63,664 nt of DNA, filler included, from Chiloscyllium plagiosum (GCF_004010195.1; 4 parts of one record of this genome joined end to end with filler, not necessarily neighbours in it); one strand, 5' to 3'; numbered from the whole stretch's first letter, positions 50,132-62,829 are shown. Numbers and translations are program-made. The notes: generated by a model not told the origin, from the sequence alone.

Positions 50132-50342
50132 CTCCAATGCAGTCATGTTTCTCTGATTAACAGCAGACAAGTGATTGGTCTCCTTGATTTTTTCTTGTGC
50201 TTCTTTCAGTAGCTCCTGTGCTTCATTGAATTTGTTTTTGTAATCAGCGAGTTTCTCCTTAACCTCATCCTTCAGCCCTTGTGTGTTCTTATGTGGATTG
50301 TCGAACAACTTTTTCACTCTCTCTAATAGTGTGCGGGCTGCG
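50132..50342 (-). CDS. LAMA2: Laminin alpha-2 coding exon (211 nt, phase 2/0); most 5' exon found in the window
   Basis: tttttactttag|C GCA...GAG|gtagac. AARTLLERVKKLFDNPHKNTQGLKDEVKEKLADYKNKFNEAQELLKEAQEKIKETNHLSAVNQRNMTALE vs human AAEALLKKVKKLF..EKLADYKNK..AVNQKNMTALE. Confidence 0.97.
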
Positions 50343-50832
50343 CTAAAGTAAAAAAAAGTTAAGGAATTATTATGATGGAAAAATGTTTCTACTTTAGAAT
50401 ATAAATCAATAAGGGCTGGTTTTCATAACCCTTCCCTCAGGGTATGGACTTTTTTTTCCAGATACAAAGACACTTTGTAATATCTCTGCCCATATTATGT
50501 TGCATCAAACTTTCCGGAGATGGGAGATGGGGTTTAGTTTTAGCTTTCAGTAGCTGATCAGGCTGTGAAAGCTGCTACATCCCTCTCTCTTTGCTACAAT
50601 GAAAAACTTGGGTTCTCTTCCTGCTGCTAGAAGTGCACGTGAGGCATGTTACCATGTTACTGAATTTGTCTTTGACAAAGGGTGTGCTTATGGGATGGTT
50701 TTATATTGGAACGGTTAATGAGTAGTTTACTATTTTGTTAATTAAGTTGCTAGAGTTTTACAGTTAAGCCAATTCGTTTATTTTATTTTTTGTTGTTCTG
50801 TATTTTAACTGCAATGTATGAATAAAGTGTTC

Positions 50833-51134
50833 AAAGTTTGTGCGAAGATTTGTAGCTCGGGTGCTCGTTGTTGTGGTTCTGTTCGCCGAGCTGGAAGTTT
50901 TTGTTGCAAACGTTTCGTCCCCTGGCTAGGCGACATCATCAGTGCTTGGGAGCCTCCTGTGAAGCGCTTCTTTGATGTTTCCTCCGGTGTTTATAGTGGT
51001 CTGTCCCTGCCGCTTCCGGTTGTCAGTTTCAGCTGTCCGCTATAGTGGTTGGTATATTGGGTCCAGGTCGATGTGTTTGTTGATGGAGTTTGTGGATGAA
51101 TGCCATGCCTCTAGGAATTCCCTGGCTGTTCTCT
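50833..51134 (-). mobile_element. Young PLE family B 3' end (GIY-YIG C-terminus + pLTR)
   Basis: Minus strand RTAREFLEAWHSSTNSINKHIDLDPIYQPL followed by pLTR; CpGs retained. Confidence 0.88.
50906..50945 (-). ncRNA. Minimal type I hammerhead ribozyme motif (sense to LAMA2)
   Basis: GCA-CUGAUGA-U-GUCGCC-UAGCCA-GGGGAC-GAAA-CG-UU-UGC: core intact, helix I GCA/UGC, helix II, palindromic AACGUU in place of helix III, GUU cleavage triplet. Confidence 0.75.
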
Positions 51135-53005
51135 GGGGAGAAAGTGAGGTCTGCAGATGCTGGAGATCAAAGTTGAAACTTTATTGCTGGAACAGCACAG
51201 CAGGTCAGGNNNNNNNNNNNNNNNNNNNNNNNNNNNNNNNNNNNNNNNNNNNNTTAATTAATTAANNNNNNNNNNNNNNNNNNNNNNNNNNNNNNNNNNN
51301 NNNNNNNNNGAGATGCGTTGGTGGGCATCTTTAACCACGTGGGAAGGGAAATTGCGGTCTCTAAAGAAGGAACCCCTCTGGTGTGTTCTGTGGTGGAACT
51401 GGTCCTCCTGGGAGCAGATACGCAGAGGCAGAGGAATTGGGAATATGGAATGGCATTTTTGCAGGAGGTAGGGTGGGAAGAGGTGTAATCCAGGTAGCTG
51501 TGGGAGTCGGTGGGTTTGTAAAAAATGTCAGTGTCAAGTCGGTCATCATTAATGGAGATGGAGAGGTCCAGGAAGGGGAGGGAGGTGTCAGAGATGGTCC
51601 AGGTAAATTTAAGGTCAGGGTGGAATGTGTTGGTGAAGTTGATTAATTGCTCAACCTCCTCATGGTCATCAATGCAGTCATCAATGTAGCGGAGGAAGAG
51701 GTGGGGAGTGGTGACGGTGTAACTACGGAAGATGGACTGTTCTACGTAGCCAACAAAGAGACAGGCATAGCTGGGGCCCATATGGGTGCCCATGGCTACC
51801 CCTTTGGGGTGGAGGAAGTGGAAGGATTCAAAGGAGAAATTGTTAAGTGTGTGGACCAGTTCAGCCAAACGAATGAGAGTGTCAGTGGAAGGGTACTGTT
51901 GGGGACGTCGGAAGAGGAAAAAATGGAGGTCTTGGAGGCCCTGGTCATGGCAGATGGAGGTGTAGAGGGATTGGTGAAGATGAGGCATTGAGGGCCGAGG
52001 AAACGGAAGTCTTGGAGGAGGTGGAAGGCGTGGGTGGTGTCTCGAACGTAGGTGGGTAATTCCTGGACTGGGGGGATAGGACAGTGTCGAGGCAGGTAGA
52101 GATCAGTTCAGTGGCCAGGAGCATGCTGAGACAATGGGTCGGCCAGGGTGGTCAGGCTTGTGGACCTTGGGAAGGAGGTAGAATCAGGCTGTGCGGGGTT
52201 CCCGGACAATGAGGTTGGAAGCTGTGGGTGGGAGATCTCCTGAGGTGATGAGGTTCTGTATGGTCTGGGAGATGATGGTTTGGTGATGGGGTGTGGGGTC
52301 ATGGTCGAGGAGGCGGTCGGAGGAGGTGTCCTCGAGTTGGTGTCTGGCTTCAGCGGTGTAGAGGTCAGTGCGCCAGACTACCACTGCGCCCCCTTTATCC
52401 GCTGTCTTAATGGTGAGATTGGGATTGGAGCAGAAGGGGTGGAGGGCAGCGCGTTGTGAGGGTGAGAGGTTGGAGTGGGGGAGCGGGGTAGACAGGTTGA
52501 GGCGGTTAATGTCCCGGCGGCAGTTGGTAATGAAGAGGTCAAGGGTGGGTATTAGGCCAGCACGGGGTGTCCAGGTGGAGGTGGGTGAAGGGGTCCTCGG
52601 AAGGTGGGCGGGAGTCCTGGTTGTAAAAGTAAGCTCGGAGGCGGAGGCGGCGGAAGTAGTGCACAACGTTTTAAATTCATTGATCTGTGGACGGAGGGGG
52701 ATAAAGGCAAGGCCTTTGTTGTGGACTGATCGTTTGTGCTCAGTGAGGGGAAGGTCTGGGGGGATGGTGAAATCTCAGCAGGGCTGGGAGCTAGGACCTG
52801 GGACCTGGTATAGGTGTGGAGCTGGGAGTGGGGGCAGAGCCTGTGACTGGAGTGGGCGTGGTGGTAGAGGGAATGGGGGTGGATTTATGAGCAGGGGTGA
52901 TGTTCCCCTCAGGGTTCTGGGGGCGGGGATGGTGACAGTGGGATCTGTGGGGCGTGTGTCAGCAGAATGCAGGTGAGTGGCATTGGTGGGGGAGGAAGTG
53001 GTGTG
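51135..53005 (-). mobile_element. Large PLE (probably family A): RT region, plus 3' pLTR across the scaffold gap
   Basis: TIKTADKGGAVVV (PLE DKG motif), GVAMGTHMGPSYACLFVGYVE, FLRYIDD, LPFLDLSI, YKPTDSHSYLDYTSSHP..KNAIPYSQF; frameshifted. Linkage to the pLTR at 51135-51209 is inferred across a gap. Confidence 0.9.
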
Positions 53006-53056
53006 ACATCAGTGATGAAAGTTCTTGCCCAAAAGCATCATAATTGGCCTTTCTTC

Positions 53057-54140
53057 AATTTAGAACTTCAATTTATAATACTGAATCAGAAAATTGTCTT
53101 GTACACACTTAAGAAATTCCTCTCCATCTAAATCTTTAACACAGTGGCAGTCCCATTTGATGTTTGGAAAGTTAAAATCCCCTACCATAACCACCCTATT
53201 ATTCTTACTGATAGCTGAGATCTCCTTACAAATTTGTTTCTCAATTTCCCTCTGACTATTCGGGGGTCTATAATACCATCCCAATTAGGTGATCATCCCT
53301 TTCTTATTTCTCAGTTCCAAATAACTTCCCTGGATGTATTTCCAGGAATATCCTCCCTCAGCACAGCTGTACTGCTATCCCTTATCAAAAATGCCACTCC
53401 TCCTCCTCTCTTGCCTCCCTTTCTATCCTTCCTGTAGCATTTGTATCCTGGAACATTAAGCCGCCAGTCCTGTCCATCCCTGAGTCATGTTTCTGTAAGC
53501 GCTATGATATCCCAGTGCCATGTTCCTAACCATGCCCTGAGTTTATCTGCCTTTGCTGTTCGGTCTCTTGCTTGAAATAAATGCAGTTTAATTTATTAGT
53601 CCGACCTTGTCCCTGCCTGCCCTGACTGTTTGACTTGCTTCTGTTCTCAACTGTACCAGTCTCAGATTGATCTTTTTCCTCGCTATCTCCCTGGGTCCCA
53701 CCCCTCCACCTTACTAGTTTAAATCCGCCCGAGCAACTAGCAAATCTCCCTGCCACTATATTAGTCCCCTTCCAATTTAGGTGCAATCCGAACTTCTTGT
53801 ACAGGTCTCTTCTACCCCAAAAGAGATTCCAATGATCCAAAAATGTGAATCCTTCTCCCATACACCAGCTCCACAGCCATGCATTCATCTGCTCTATCCT
53901 CCTATTCCTGCCCTCACTAGCTCATAGCACTGGGAGTGATCCAGATATTACTACTCTCGAGGACCTCCTTTTTAAGTTCCTGCCTAACTCTTTGTAATCT
54001 CCCTTCAGAATCTCAACCTTTTCCTTTCCTGTGTCCAATGTGGACAATGACCTCTTGCTGGCCCCTCTCCCCCGTGAGAACATTCTGCACCCTTTCTGAG
54101 ACATCCTTGATCCTGGCGCCAGGGAAGCAACACACCAAAT
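53057..54140 (-). mobile_element. CR1 LINE fragment (ORF1 esterase + start of endonuclease)
   Basis: VCCFPGARIKDVSERV..VIVHIG; FLDHWNLFWGR..GLHLNWKGTN; YYRPPNSQREIE..GDFNFPNI. Confidence 0.9.
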
Positions 54141-54859
54141 CTGGTAAATGGACATTTTCACTGTACTCCTGCGTGCATATTATATGAAGTTTCATTTAAA
54201 TCCATCAAGGTTGTAGATGTAGTTGACAGCCTCTCTAGTCATGTTATGTTAACACTGTCCTTTATTCACTCTTAATGTCCAGCTCCCAGTCTTCATTGTC
54301 CCCCTTGCACCAATGACTTGCTCTCTGCATTCACAATTTGTACCCTCCATTCCAGAGAATTGCACCCTGACAATCACACCCTTTGAGTCCCACACCCTAC
54401 CTTTCATTTTCACACAGCATATCTCTTTGCTCATTTTTTTCAGTTCTTGCCCCTTTTAGGTTGGTACCTCTTTAGATTCCTTCCCCATTTATGCGGCTCC
54501 CTCTTTTAAGTTAAGCCCTGTTTACCAGACCTGGTCAGGTTTTCTTAAATCAGTCAGTGTGCTGTCTCCTGTAGACAAGCTCATGAGCCAAATTGAGCCT
54601 TCAGTCCTAACATTGTAGATTCTAATAAACAAGATGGTAAACTATTTATGAATGACACTTCTGTTAAACTACTGAATATAGACTGGCTTCAGCCTAACAC
54701 TATAAGTATTTGCACAAAAAATATTTTCTGATGTAGTTCAATTAGTGAAGTTGGTATCAACCAGAGGTTGGAGAAAGTATAGGAAGTCAGAGTTGTAAAC
54801 AAACTTGTTTCCCATTTTTAGGTAATCCCATCATTGCTGGAGTGTTGATGAGTATTTGT

Positions 54860-55295
54860 GACATGCTAGTAAATACAATCCAGGTTCCTGCCAATTTCAG
54901 TCCCAGCACCAATCCCTGTAGCACCACAGCTTGCCAACCTGTAAAAGACCCATTTATGCCTATACTCTGGTTCCTGTTAGGCAGCCAATCTTCCAACCAC
55001 ACCAACATGCTTCACTCTACACCAAAATGTCTCATTTCCCACAATAAACTTTGGCGCAGTACATTAACAATTGTCTTGGAAATCTAAGTACAGAACATCC
55101 CCTGGCTCCCCTTTATCTTCGGCATGTGTCGTCTTCTCAAAAGAAATTGGTCAAAATTATTTCATTCTCTAAAAACCATGATGACTCTGCCTGGTTTCTT
55201 TAAACTTGACATGAATACTGTTGTAGCTCCTTTAATAAGAGCTTCTAAAAAATTTTCTATGTTAGATATTAAACTGGCTGGTCTGTAGTTTCCTG
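54860..55295 (-). mobile_element. Old CR1 RT fragment
   Basis: WLEDWLPNRNQSIGINGSFTGWQAV..QGLVLG. Confidence 0.7.
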
Positions 55296-55559
55296 CAGTT
55301 GGCTATTTGATGTAGTGAGGGTTTGAGCTCCATGTTATTGCAATCCAGACAGTGGGCCACAGTCAGTTCAGAGCTTGATTCCAACCTGTCTGAGATTAGT
55401 GATAAATCAGTTGAGGAGCTGTGTAGAGATCAGTCAGGGCTCTGGCCAATATCAATCGGGATGTTGAACCATGAAGTTTGTGCAGTAAAGGTCATGGAGG
55501 GATTATCATGTGGCTGTGTTGTAGTGGGGATTGGAGGCAGCACGCTTGGATGCAAATGG

Positions 55560-56042
55560 GAGCATTATTGTACAGGAGGGCTTGAGTGAGATGAAAATGG
55601 CTGGCACTGCTATTCGTGCAGGTGGGGGAAACATGTTGAGCGGTCCCAGGTAAGTGAGAGTTAACAAGACAGTGCTTGCAATAGTGAGAGTGGTAAACTC
55701 TGAATTATGGTGGGAGGTGGGTGCAGTGACAGAGTTAGGAATGTAAGGTGGCAGAGAAAACATGGTGACACTTACCTTTATGCAGCACAGAAGTCATTAA
55801 CATTCTTGTGCCATTGCTGGTTGGCACAAGAATTGGCTCTGATCTGGAAAACAACATTGGACAGACTGGCAGGATTTGGTACCATGGTCTCCTTTGGTGA
55901 AAAGAGGATGGCCCTTCTCTCCACCATTCCACCCTGAAGGGACTCCAGTTCCCTGTTGGTAAAATTGGATGCCAATTTGCCTCTATTCAGCACCTCCTTT
56001 AAAATTCTTGAAACACAGGAACCGTGGAAGGAAATTTCTGGC
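55560..56042 (-). mobile_element. Harbinger-type Myb/SANT gene remnant (second copy)
   Basis: GKLASNFTNRELESLQGGMVERRAILFS..QQWHKNVNDF followed by a gtaagt donor at ~55776, the same layout as 32136-32360; TIR-like GGAAATTTCTGGC at ~56030. Confidence 0.55.
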
Positions 56043-56785
56043 TTGCAGTATTTCGACTGGTTGTCATCTGGGGTGTAAACTTGATTTAAAGAGGCATGGA
56101 GACAATAAGAGATCGAAACGGAACTATGTCATTTGGCTGATCGAGTCTGCTTAGCCACTCAATGAGATCATTCTTGATCTAATCATTCTCAACTCTATTT
56201 TCCTTTCTTTTACTGATTAATAATCCTGTGAATGATTAAAAATCTGTTGATCTTAGCCTTGAATATTCTGAATGACCTAGCCTTAAGAACTCCTTGCGGC
56301 ACAGAATTCCATAGATTCTCTGCCAACTGAGAGAAGAAATTCCTTGTAATCTCTGTTTTAACTGGATTACCCCTTTACTCTGTGATTATGCCCTCTGGCC
56401 CGAGAAGGGGAAACAATCTCTTTGCATCTACCCTGATAAGTTCCTTAAGAACCATTTTCAATAAGGTCTCCTCTCATTCTTCTAAGCTCCAATGAGTCTA
56501 GGCCCAACCTGGTCAACTTCGTCTGATAAGACAATGCCTCTGTACTCAGGATCAACCGAGCAAAACTTCTCTGGACCGCCTTAGATGCTAGTATATCTTT
56601 CCGTGGATAAAATGACCCAAAACCGTTCCAGCTGTGGGCCGACTAGTGCTTAGTATAGTTTTACATAATTATAGACATCCCTATTTTCACACTCCATTCC
56701 CTTTGAAATAAAGGCCAAAGTTCCACTTGCCTTCCCTCTTAAGTGCTGAACTTAGATGCTAACATTTGAAATCCACACACATGGA

Positions 56786-56898
56786 AAGATCACAGAAGCG
56801 CTTCACAGGAGGCTCCCAAGCACTGAGGATGTCACCTAGACAGGGGACGAAACGTCTGCAACACAAATTCCCAGCTCGGCGAACAGAACCACAACAAT
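56786..56898 (+). mobile_element. 113-bp PLE family B pLTR mini-insertion with 9-bp TSD
   Basis: ACACATGGA at 56777-85 and 56899-907; homologous to the reverse complement of 50865-50975. Confidence 0.88.
56820..56859 (+). ncRNA. Minimal type I hammerhead ribozyme motif (antisense to LAMA2)
   Basis: GCA-CUGAGGA-U-GUCACC-UAGACA-GGGGAC-GAAA-CG-UC-UGC; all core positions present, GUC triplet (predicted cut after 56856). Confidence 0.78.
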
Positions 56899-57894
56899 AC
56901 ACATGGACTCCCAATCTCTCTGTGCTACAGCTTTCTGTAGTCTTTTTCCTTTAAAATAATATTCAATTCCTTTAAGTCTTCCTGCCAAAGTGTATAACCT
57001 CACATTTTCTTATATTTTGTTACATCTGTTAAGTTTTTGCCCACTCACATACTGTCTATATCTCTCTGCAGACTCTGTCACCCTCGGTATTCACCTTCCT
57101 CCCTAGTTTTGTGTCATCCACAAACTTGGCTGCAATACATTCACTTCCCTCATGAATGCTGCAATGTCCAGTGCTTCTGTTGCTGGTGAGTGTAAGCTAT
57201 CACAAGAGTGGTGCCTTGGAGATGTGGTACATATTTGTAAGGCGAGCAGCATAAATCTCCATGAAATAATTTGCCAGAGCTCACAAAGGGAAACTCTCCA
57301 TGAAGCTCTCTGAAACTGACATAGCCCAATTTTGAGAGAATTTCTTTTGTGACATTTATCAAACTTGTGGCAATACTATGAGTACAGCGCCCTCTTGTGG
57401 AAGGTGGAAATGGCCTTCTTTTAAAATGTTAAGGAAAGTTTGGACAGGAAGGGGCTTAGGACAGTTTTGTGCCATTGACGTCTATCATTTACATCAAATA
57501 CTCCTGATTAATTTCATCAAAACATTGTCAGGAATTCTCCCTGCTGAAGTACAATGGGTTCATCTCTTTATTTAGGAACAATTCCTTGAAATCCTAAAGA
57601 GAGATACTGGCCAGGTTCTACTGACCTCATAGAGTTGGAGACCAGACAGGTCCTGGCAAGTGTGCTGTGGGTCCCCTCCGCAATTGATGCAGCGATATGC
57701 TGCTGGAAAGTCTACACTTCGGGTGTGTAATTACCGAGCATCTTCTGACAATGTCCATAATTCTGAGATAGAGTTGGAGATTGTGGAACATTCTGCCTAT
57801 TCTCACTTCAGGAACTAGCCAGGAAAAGCTACAGGGATGGAAACCGCCTCCAACTCCTGGCTAACTACAAATCTGAACTCTATCCCCCAACTCC

Positions 57895-58878
57895 CCACTG
57901 ATCCCCTGATCACTCACACTGATCCTTCAGTCACTCACACTGATCCTTCAGTCACTTACACTGATCCCCCAATCACTTACACTGATCCCCCAATCACTTA
58001 CACTGATCCCCAATCACTCACACAGATCTCTCGGTCACCTACACTGATCCCCAATCACTTACATTGATCCCTGATCACTCACACTGATCCCTCAGTCACT
58101 TATACTGATCCCCAATCATTCACACTAATACCCCGATCACTCACACTGATCCCTCAGTCACTCACACTGATCCCCAATCACTCACACTAATCCCCCGATC
58201 ACTCACACTGATCCCTCAGTCACTCACACTGATCCCCAATCACTCACACTAATCCCCCGATCACTCACACTGATCCCTCAGTCACTTACACTGATCACCA
58301 ATCACTCATACTGATCCATCGGTCACTCACACTGATCCCCAATCACTCACACTGACTCCCCTAATCACTCACACTGATCCCTCGGTCACTCACACTGATC
58401 ACCAATCACTCATACTGATCCTCCAATAAATCACACTGATTCCCCCGATCACTCATACTGATCCCCAATCACTCACACTGATCCCCAATCACTCACACTG
58501 ATCCTCCGATCAATCACACTGATTCCCCTAATCACTCACACTGATTTCCCCCAATCACTCACACTGATCCTCCAATCACTCACACTGATTCCCCTAATCA
58601 CTCACACTGATCCCCAATCACTCACACTGATCCCCAATCACTCACACTAATCCCCCGATCACTCACACTGATCCCTCAGTCACTCACACTGATCCCCAAT
58701 CACTCACACTAATCCCCCGATCACTCACACTGATCCCTCAGTCACTTACACTGATCACCAATCACTCATACTGATCCATCGGTCACTCACACTGATCCCC
58801 AATCACTCACACTAATCCCCCGATCACTCACACTGATCCCTCAGTCACTCACACTGATCCCCAATCACTCACACTAAT
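57895..58878. repeat. Minisatellite, 20-22-bp unit (~CACTGATCCCCAATCACTCA), ~47 copies, with higher-order structure; runs into a gap
   Basis: Tandem units with recurring variants CCCTCAGT / CCCCAAT / TAATCCCCCGAT. Confidence 0.95.
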
Positions 58879-58978
58879 NNNNNNNNNNNNNNNNNNNNNN
58901 NNNNNNNNNNNNNNNNNNNNNNTTAATTAATTAANNNNNNNNNNNNNNNNNNNNNNNNNNNNNNNNNNNNNNNNNNNN

Positions 58979-59300
58979 GGAACTGGGCTAAGGTGAGGGG
59001 AAGGGTGGGGAGGGGAAATGAAGTCAGTACATGGTTGAAGAGCTTCAGGGCAGAGGAGATGACCTGGGGGTTGCAGTGAGAGAGAGGCTCACTGAGATTC
59101 TTGTGGAGAGAGGAGGAGAACTTCTTCAAGGTAGGCATCCTTGCAAGAGGAATCACAGTAAGGTTAACATCAACTAGGCAAAGGTGAGGACTGCAGATGC
59201 TGGAAATCAGCGTCTGGATTAGAGTGGTGCTGGAAAAGCACAGCAGGTCAGGCAGCATCCGAGAAGTAGGAAAATCGACGTTTCAGGCAAAAGCCGATCA
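58979..59300 (-). mobile_element. PLE family A variant: pLTR + ORF start
   Basis: MPTLKKFSSSLHKNLSEPLSHCNPQVISSALKLFNHVL, homologous to the ORF at 23046. Confidence 0.85.
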
Positions 59301-59364
59301 GACCCTGATCAAGACAAATTACAGTACACTTAACATTTCACTGAAATCAGCAGTAAGGTGATAA

Positions 59365-61330
59365 AATACAAGAGCACATGTAGTCCACTCAGCCAATTAA
59401 GTCTGTACCACCATTCAATGAGGTCACGGCTGATCTGGATGCTCAACTGCACAGTCATGTCTTATCCCCAAAACCCTAGATTCCCTTACTAAATCAAAAT
59501 AGGTCTATCTCAGTCTTGAATATTTTTTATGTCTCTGCCTCACCCTGCGGTAAAGAATTCCAAAGATTCATCCTCATCTTTGTCTTATGGATCATTATTA
59601 TGGATTATGTCCTCTGGTCCCACATGAGAAAACAGCCTTTCAGTATCTACCCTATCAAACCCAGTAAGAATTTCATATGTTTCAATAAGTTTGACTCCTA
59701 TCTTCCCACATTCAGTGCATAAGGTCAACCTACTTAACCTCTCTTCAATGAGAATGCCTCCCAGAAGCAGCATAGTGAACCTTTTCTGGACTGCCTCCAA
59801 TGCAAGTATATCTTTCTTAGATAAGGGGAACATAATATTCCATGTATATTCTGACTAGTCTCTTGTGAAGCTTTAGAAAGATGTTCCTATGTTTATATGC
59901 CAACCCCTTTGAAATAAAGGCTAATAGTCCATTTGCCTTCCCTATTACCAATGATCTTGAATGCTAGATTCTTGAAATTCATGTACAAGGACCCATAAAT
60001 GCTTGTGCTGCAGCTGTCTATAGATTTTCCTCACTTAAATCTTCAATTCCTCTATTTTCCTACAAAAGTGCATAACCTCACATTTTCCCACATCCTATTC
60101 CATCTTCCAAGATTTTGTTCACTCACTTAACCTTCCTCTATCCCTTATGTCCCTCCATCCTCATGACTTGTCTTCCCATCTATTTTTATAATTTACAAAC
60201 TTGGTGATAGTATCTTCACTTCCCTCATCTAAATCATTAATATCAATATTGTATAAATAATTGTGGTCCCAGCAGTGATCCCTGTGACACTCTACTGGTT
60301 ACAGATTGCCATCCTGAAAATACCCCTTTATTCACCACTGTCAATCATCTATCAGTTAGCTAATTTTCAATCCAAGCTAATACACTACTGTCCCAACACC
60401 TGGATGTTGCCAAGGTTGGAGGATTTAAGATATAGGGAGAGGCTGAATAGGCTACGGCTGTTTTCCCTGAAGCATCAGAGGCTGAGGGGTGACATTATAG
60501 AGGTTTATAAAATCATGAAGAACATGGATAGGGTAAATAGACAAGGTATTTTCCCTGGGGTGGGAAAGTCAAGAACTGAGGGCATAGATTTAGCATGATG
60601 GGGGAAAGATTTCAAAGGGACCTAAGGGGCAACCTTTTCACCCAGAGGGTGGTGCATGTATGGAAAGAGCTGCCAGAGGAACTGGTGGAGGCTGGTACAA
60701 ATACAACATTTAAAAGGCACCTAGCAGGGGATATGAATAGGAAGGGTTTAGAGAGTTATGGACCAGGTGCTAGCAAATGGGACTAAACTAACTTAGGTAT
60801 CTGGTCGGCATGGATGATTTAGACTGAAGAGTTTGGTTCCATGCTGTTCATCTGTATGAATCTATTAAGTAACCTTTTCTGTAGTACCTTATTAAATGCC
60901 TTCTGGAAATCCAAATATATTGTATCTGCTGGTTCTCCTCTATCTATCTTGAGTGTATCTCTTCAAAACACTCTAATAAACTGAACAGACATGACTTCCC
61001 CTCATGAAGCCATGCTGAGTCTGCCTGATTACATTTTACATTTTTAAATGCTCTGCTATTACATCCTTTATAATAGTCTAGCATTTTCCAATGAAAGATG
61101 TTAAGCAAACTGGCCTAAAATCGCCAGTCATTTTTTTTTATCTCCCTACCTTTTGGAATATGGGTGTGAAATTGGCAATTTCCCAATCCACTGGAACTTT
61201 CCAAATATCTAAGAATTCTTGGAAGTCTACTATCTACTACCTCAGCAACTACTCCCTTTAAAATTGTAGAATGCAACCCATTTGGTACAGGGGACTTAGC
61301 GGTCATAACCCCACTTGTTTCCCTAGTACT
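59365..61330 (-). mobile_element. Old CR1-clade LINE RT/3' region, with a younger CR1 3' fragment nested on + (60401-60864)
   Basis: KKDILALEAVQKRFT (minus); insert MLPRLEDLRYRERLNRLRLFSL..LRGD..RDLRGNLFTQRVV (plus). Confidence 0.85.
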
Positions 61331-62829
61331 TTTTTTTCAGATTACAGCTATTATTTTTATCTCTTCCCCCCTTGAACTCCTTGCTATTAGCTTTACCTTT
61401 AAGATGTCAAAGATAACAAACTGTATTCAAGCATCTAACACAGGAAAAACAAACAGTTTGGAAGGATCTGATTTAATGAAACTTAGCTAATTAAGCAAAA
61501 ATTGAGACATGAGCTCAAAGATATCAATATTTTAAACCTGAGTACATGAGCTTCCTTCTTTCTTTAACAAAGAGGCAAAGAATATTTCAAACTCCTCCTA
61601 TCTTAGTAAAACACATAAAATGACTGTAATAAACTTAATGATGAGGATGGACTCATGGATAATTGGAAATTTAAGGAACTAGTCAGGGCATAGCAGGAGG
61701 TGCCATCAGTCAACGTTCATTGTACTAAGAATCAATTAGAGATTAATCATACTTCCATTAAACAAATTAACAATAAGTCCTCCGCCAATCAGAATGTAAA
61801 TGTGTAATTAAACACATTGTGTGTTGTGGCTTGGAAAATGTTAATAGGCAGCAGCTTTCAGTGACCAAAAGACTCAAGAAGTTTGAAGTTATCCTGCTTC
61901 TAGTTGGTAGTAGAAGGCCCACAAGGTATTGGGGAGTGTCAGGAATCAAGTGTTGATTTGCGCCCTCAGCTGAATGAGAAATTAACAGCCATAGTATTCC
62001 ATGCTTTAATAAAGATTATTTCTAATTTAGGTAAAGTTTTCTGAATGACTGTCTCTTGTTGCCTTATTGATTAAAGTCTCAAATTAACAAATGAATGATG
62101 GGATTTGAGTTTAAATTATAAAACCGCTAAAATCCACACAGGGCAGCAGATCCATGTGAACATCACCACCTGGGAAGTTTCCCTTCAAGTCACCCACCAT
62201 CCTGACTTGAAAATATATTGTATTGTCATTCCTTCAGTATTGCCGGGTTAAGATACTGAATTCCTTCCCTAACTGCATTACAAGTCTGTCTACACCAAAT
62301 TACCCTCAGTGTTTCAAGAAAGCACCTCATCAACCAGTCAAGTAGGCAACTAGGGATGGGAATAAATGCTGGCCCATGTGTGAATAAAGGCTACAGGGGT
62401 CTTTCAGTAGTCCACATAGCACTTCTTTTTTAGTAAAGGAATCTGCAGTTTAATGACAACAATTGAATTCTTATTGAATGAGAGAGTGGTGGAGGAGACT
62501 GCAGTGGTGATATGGCATACTCATGCTTCAATCTCATTCTTATTTAATACGGAAAGACTACTTGCTTCAGAGATGATGTATTGAACTAAAACATTACCCT
62601 GATATGAGGTTAACAAACACAGGGACAGCTATGTGATTGAATACCAAAACTACTCAGAGTCCAAGTTACTGTAGCAATATGCACTTATATATGCATGTTT
62701 AATATAGAGTTATGGCTAGTGGTGGTAAATGTTCCAACTTGCTTTCTACCACATGGATGGCCATGAATTTCTCTTGCATTTACTGCCTGACATTAGCATA
62801 AGTTGCAAGGATTTGCAGAATGATAATTA

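Larger units (their letters stand above)
56105..57152 (-). mobile_element. Old CR1-clade LINE 3' fragment with a nested PLE mini-insertion
   Basis: Minus strand AKFVDDTKLGGR near 57130; RT C-terminus and 3' UTR similar to 59365-60400. Confidence 0.8.

Noticed and set aside
52368..52976. 202-aa Gly/Arg-rich plus-strand ORF
   Set aside because: Antisense shadow of the C-rich Penelope ORF; no independent domain.
57895..58878. CRISPR-like array or repeat protein (ORF 57837-58067, THTDP repeats)
   Set aside because: No spacers; the ORF is a by-product of 21-bp units and breaks at the first 20-bp unit.
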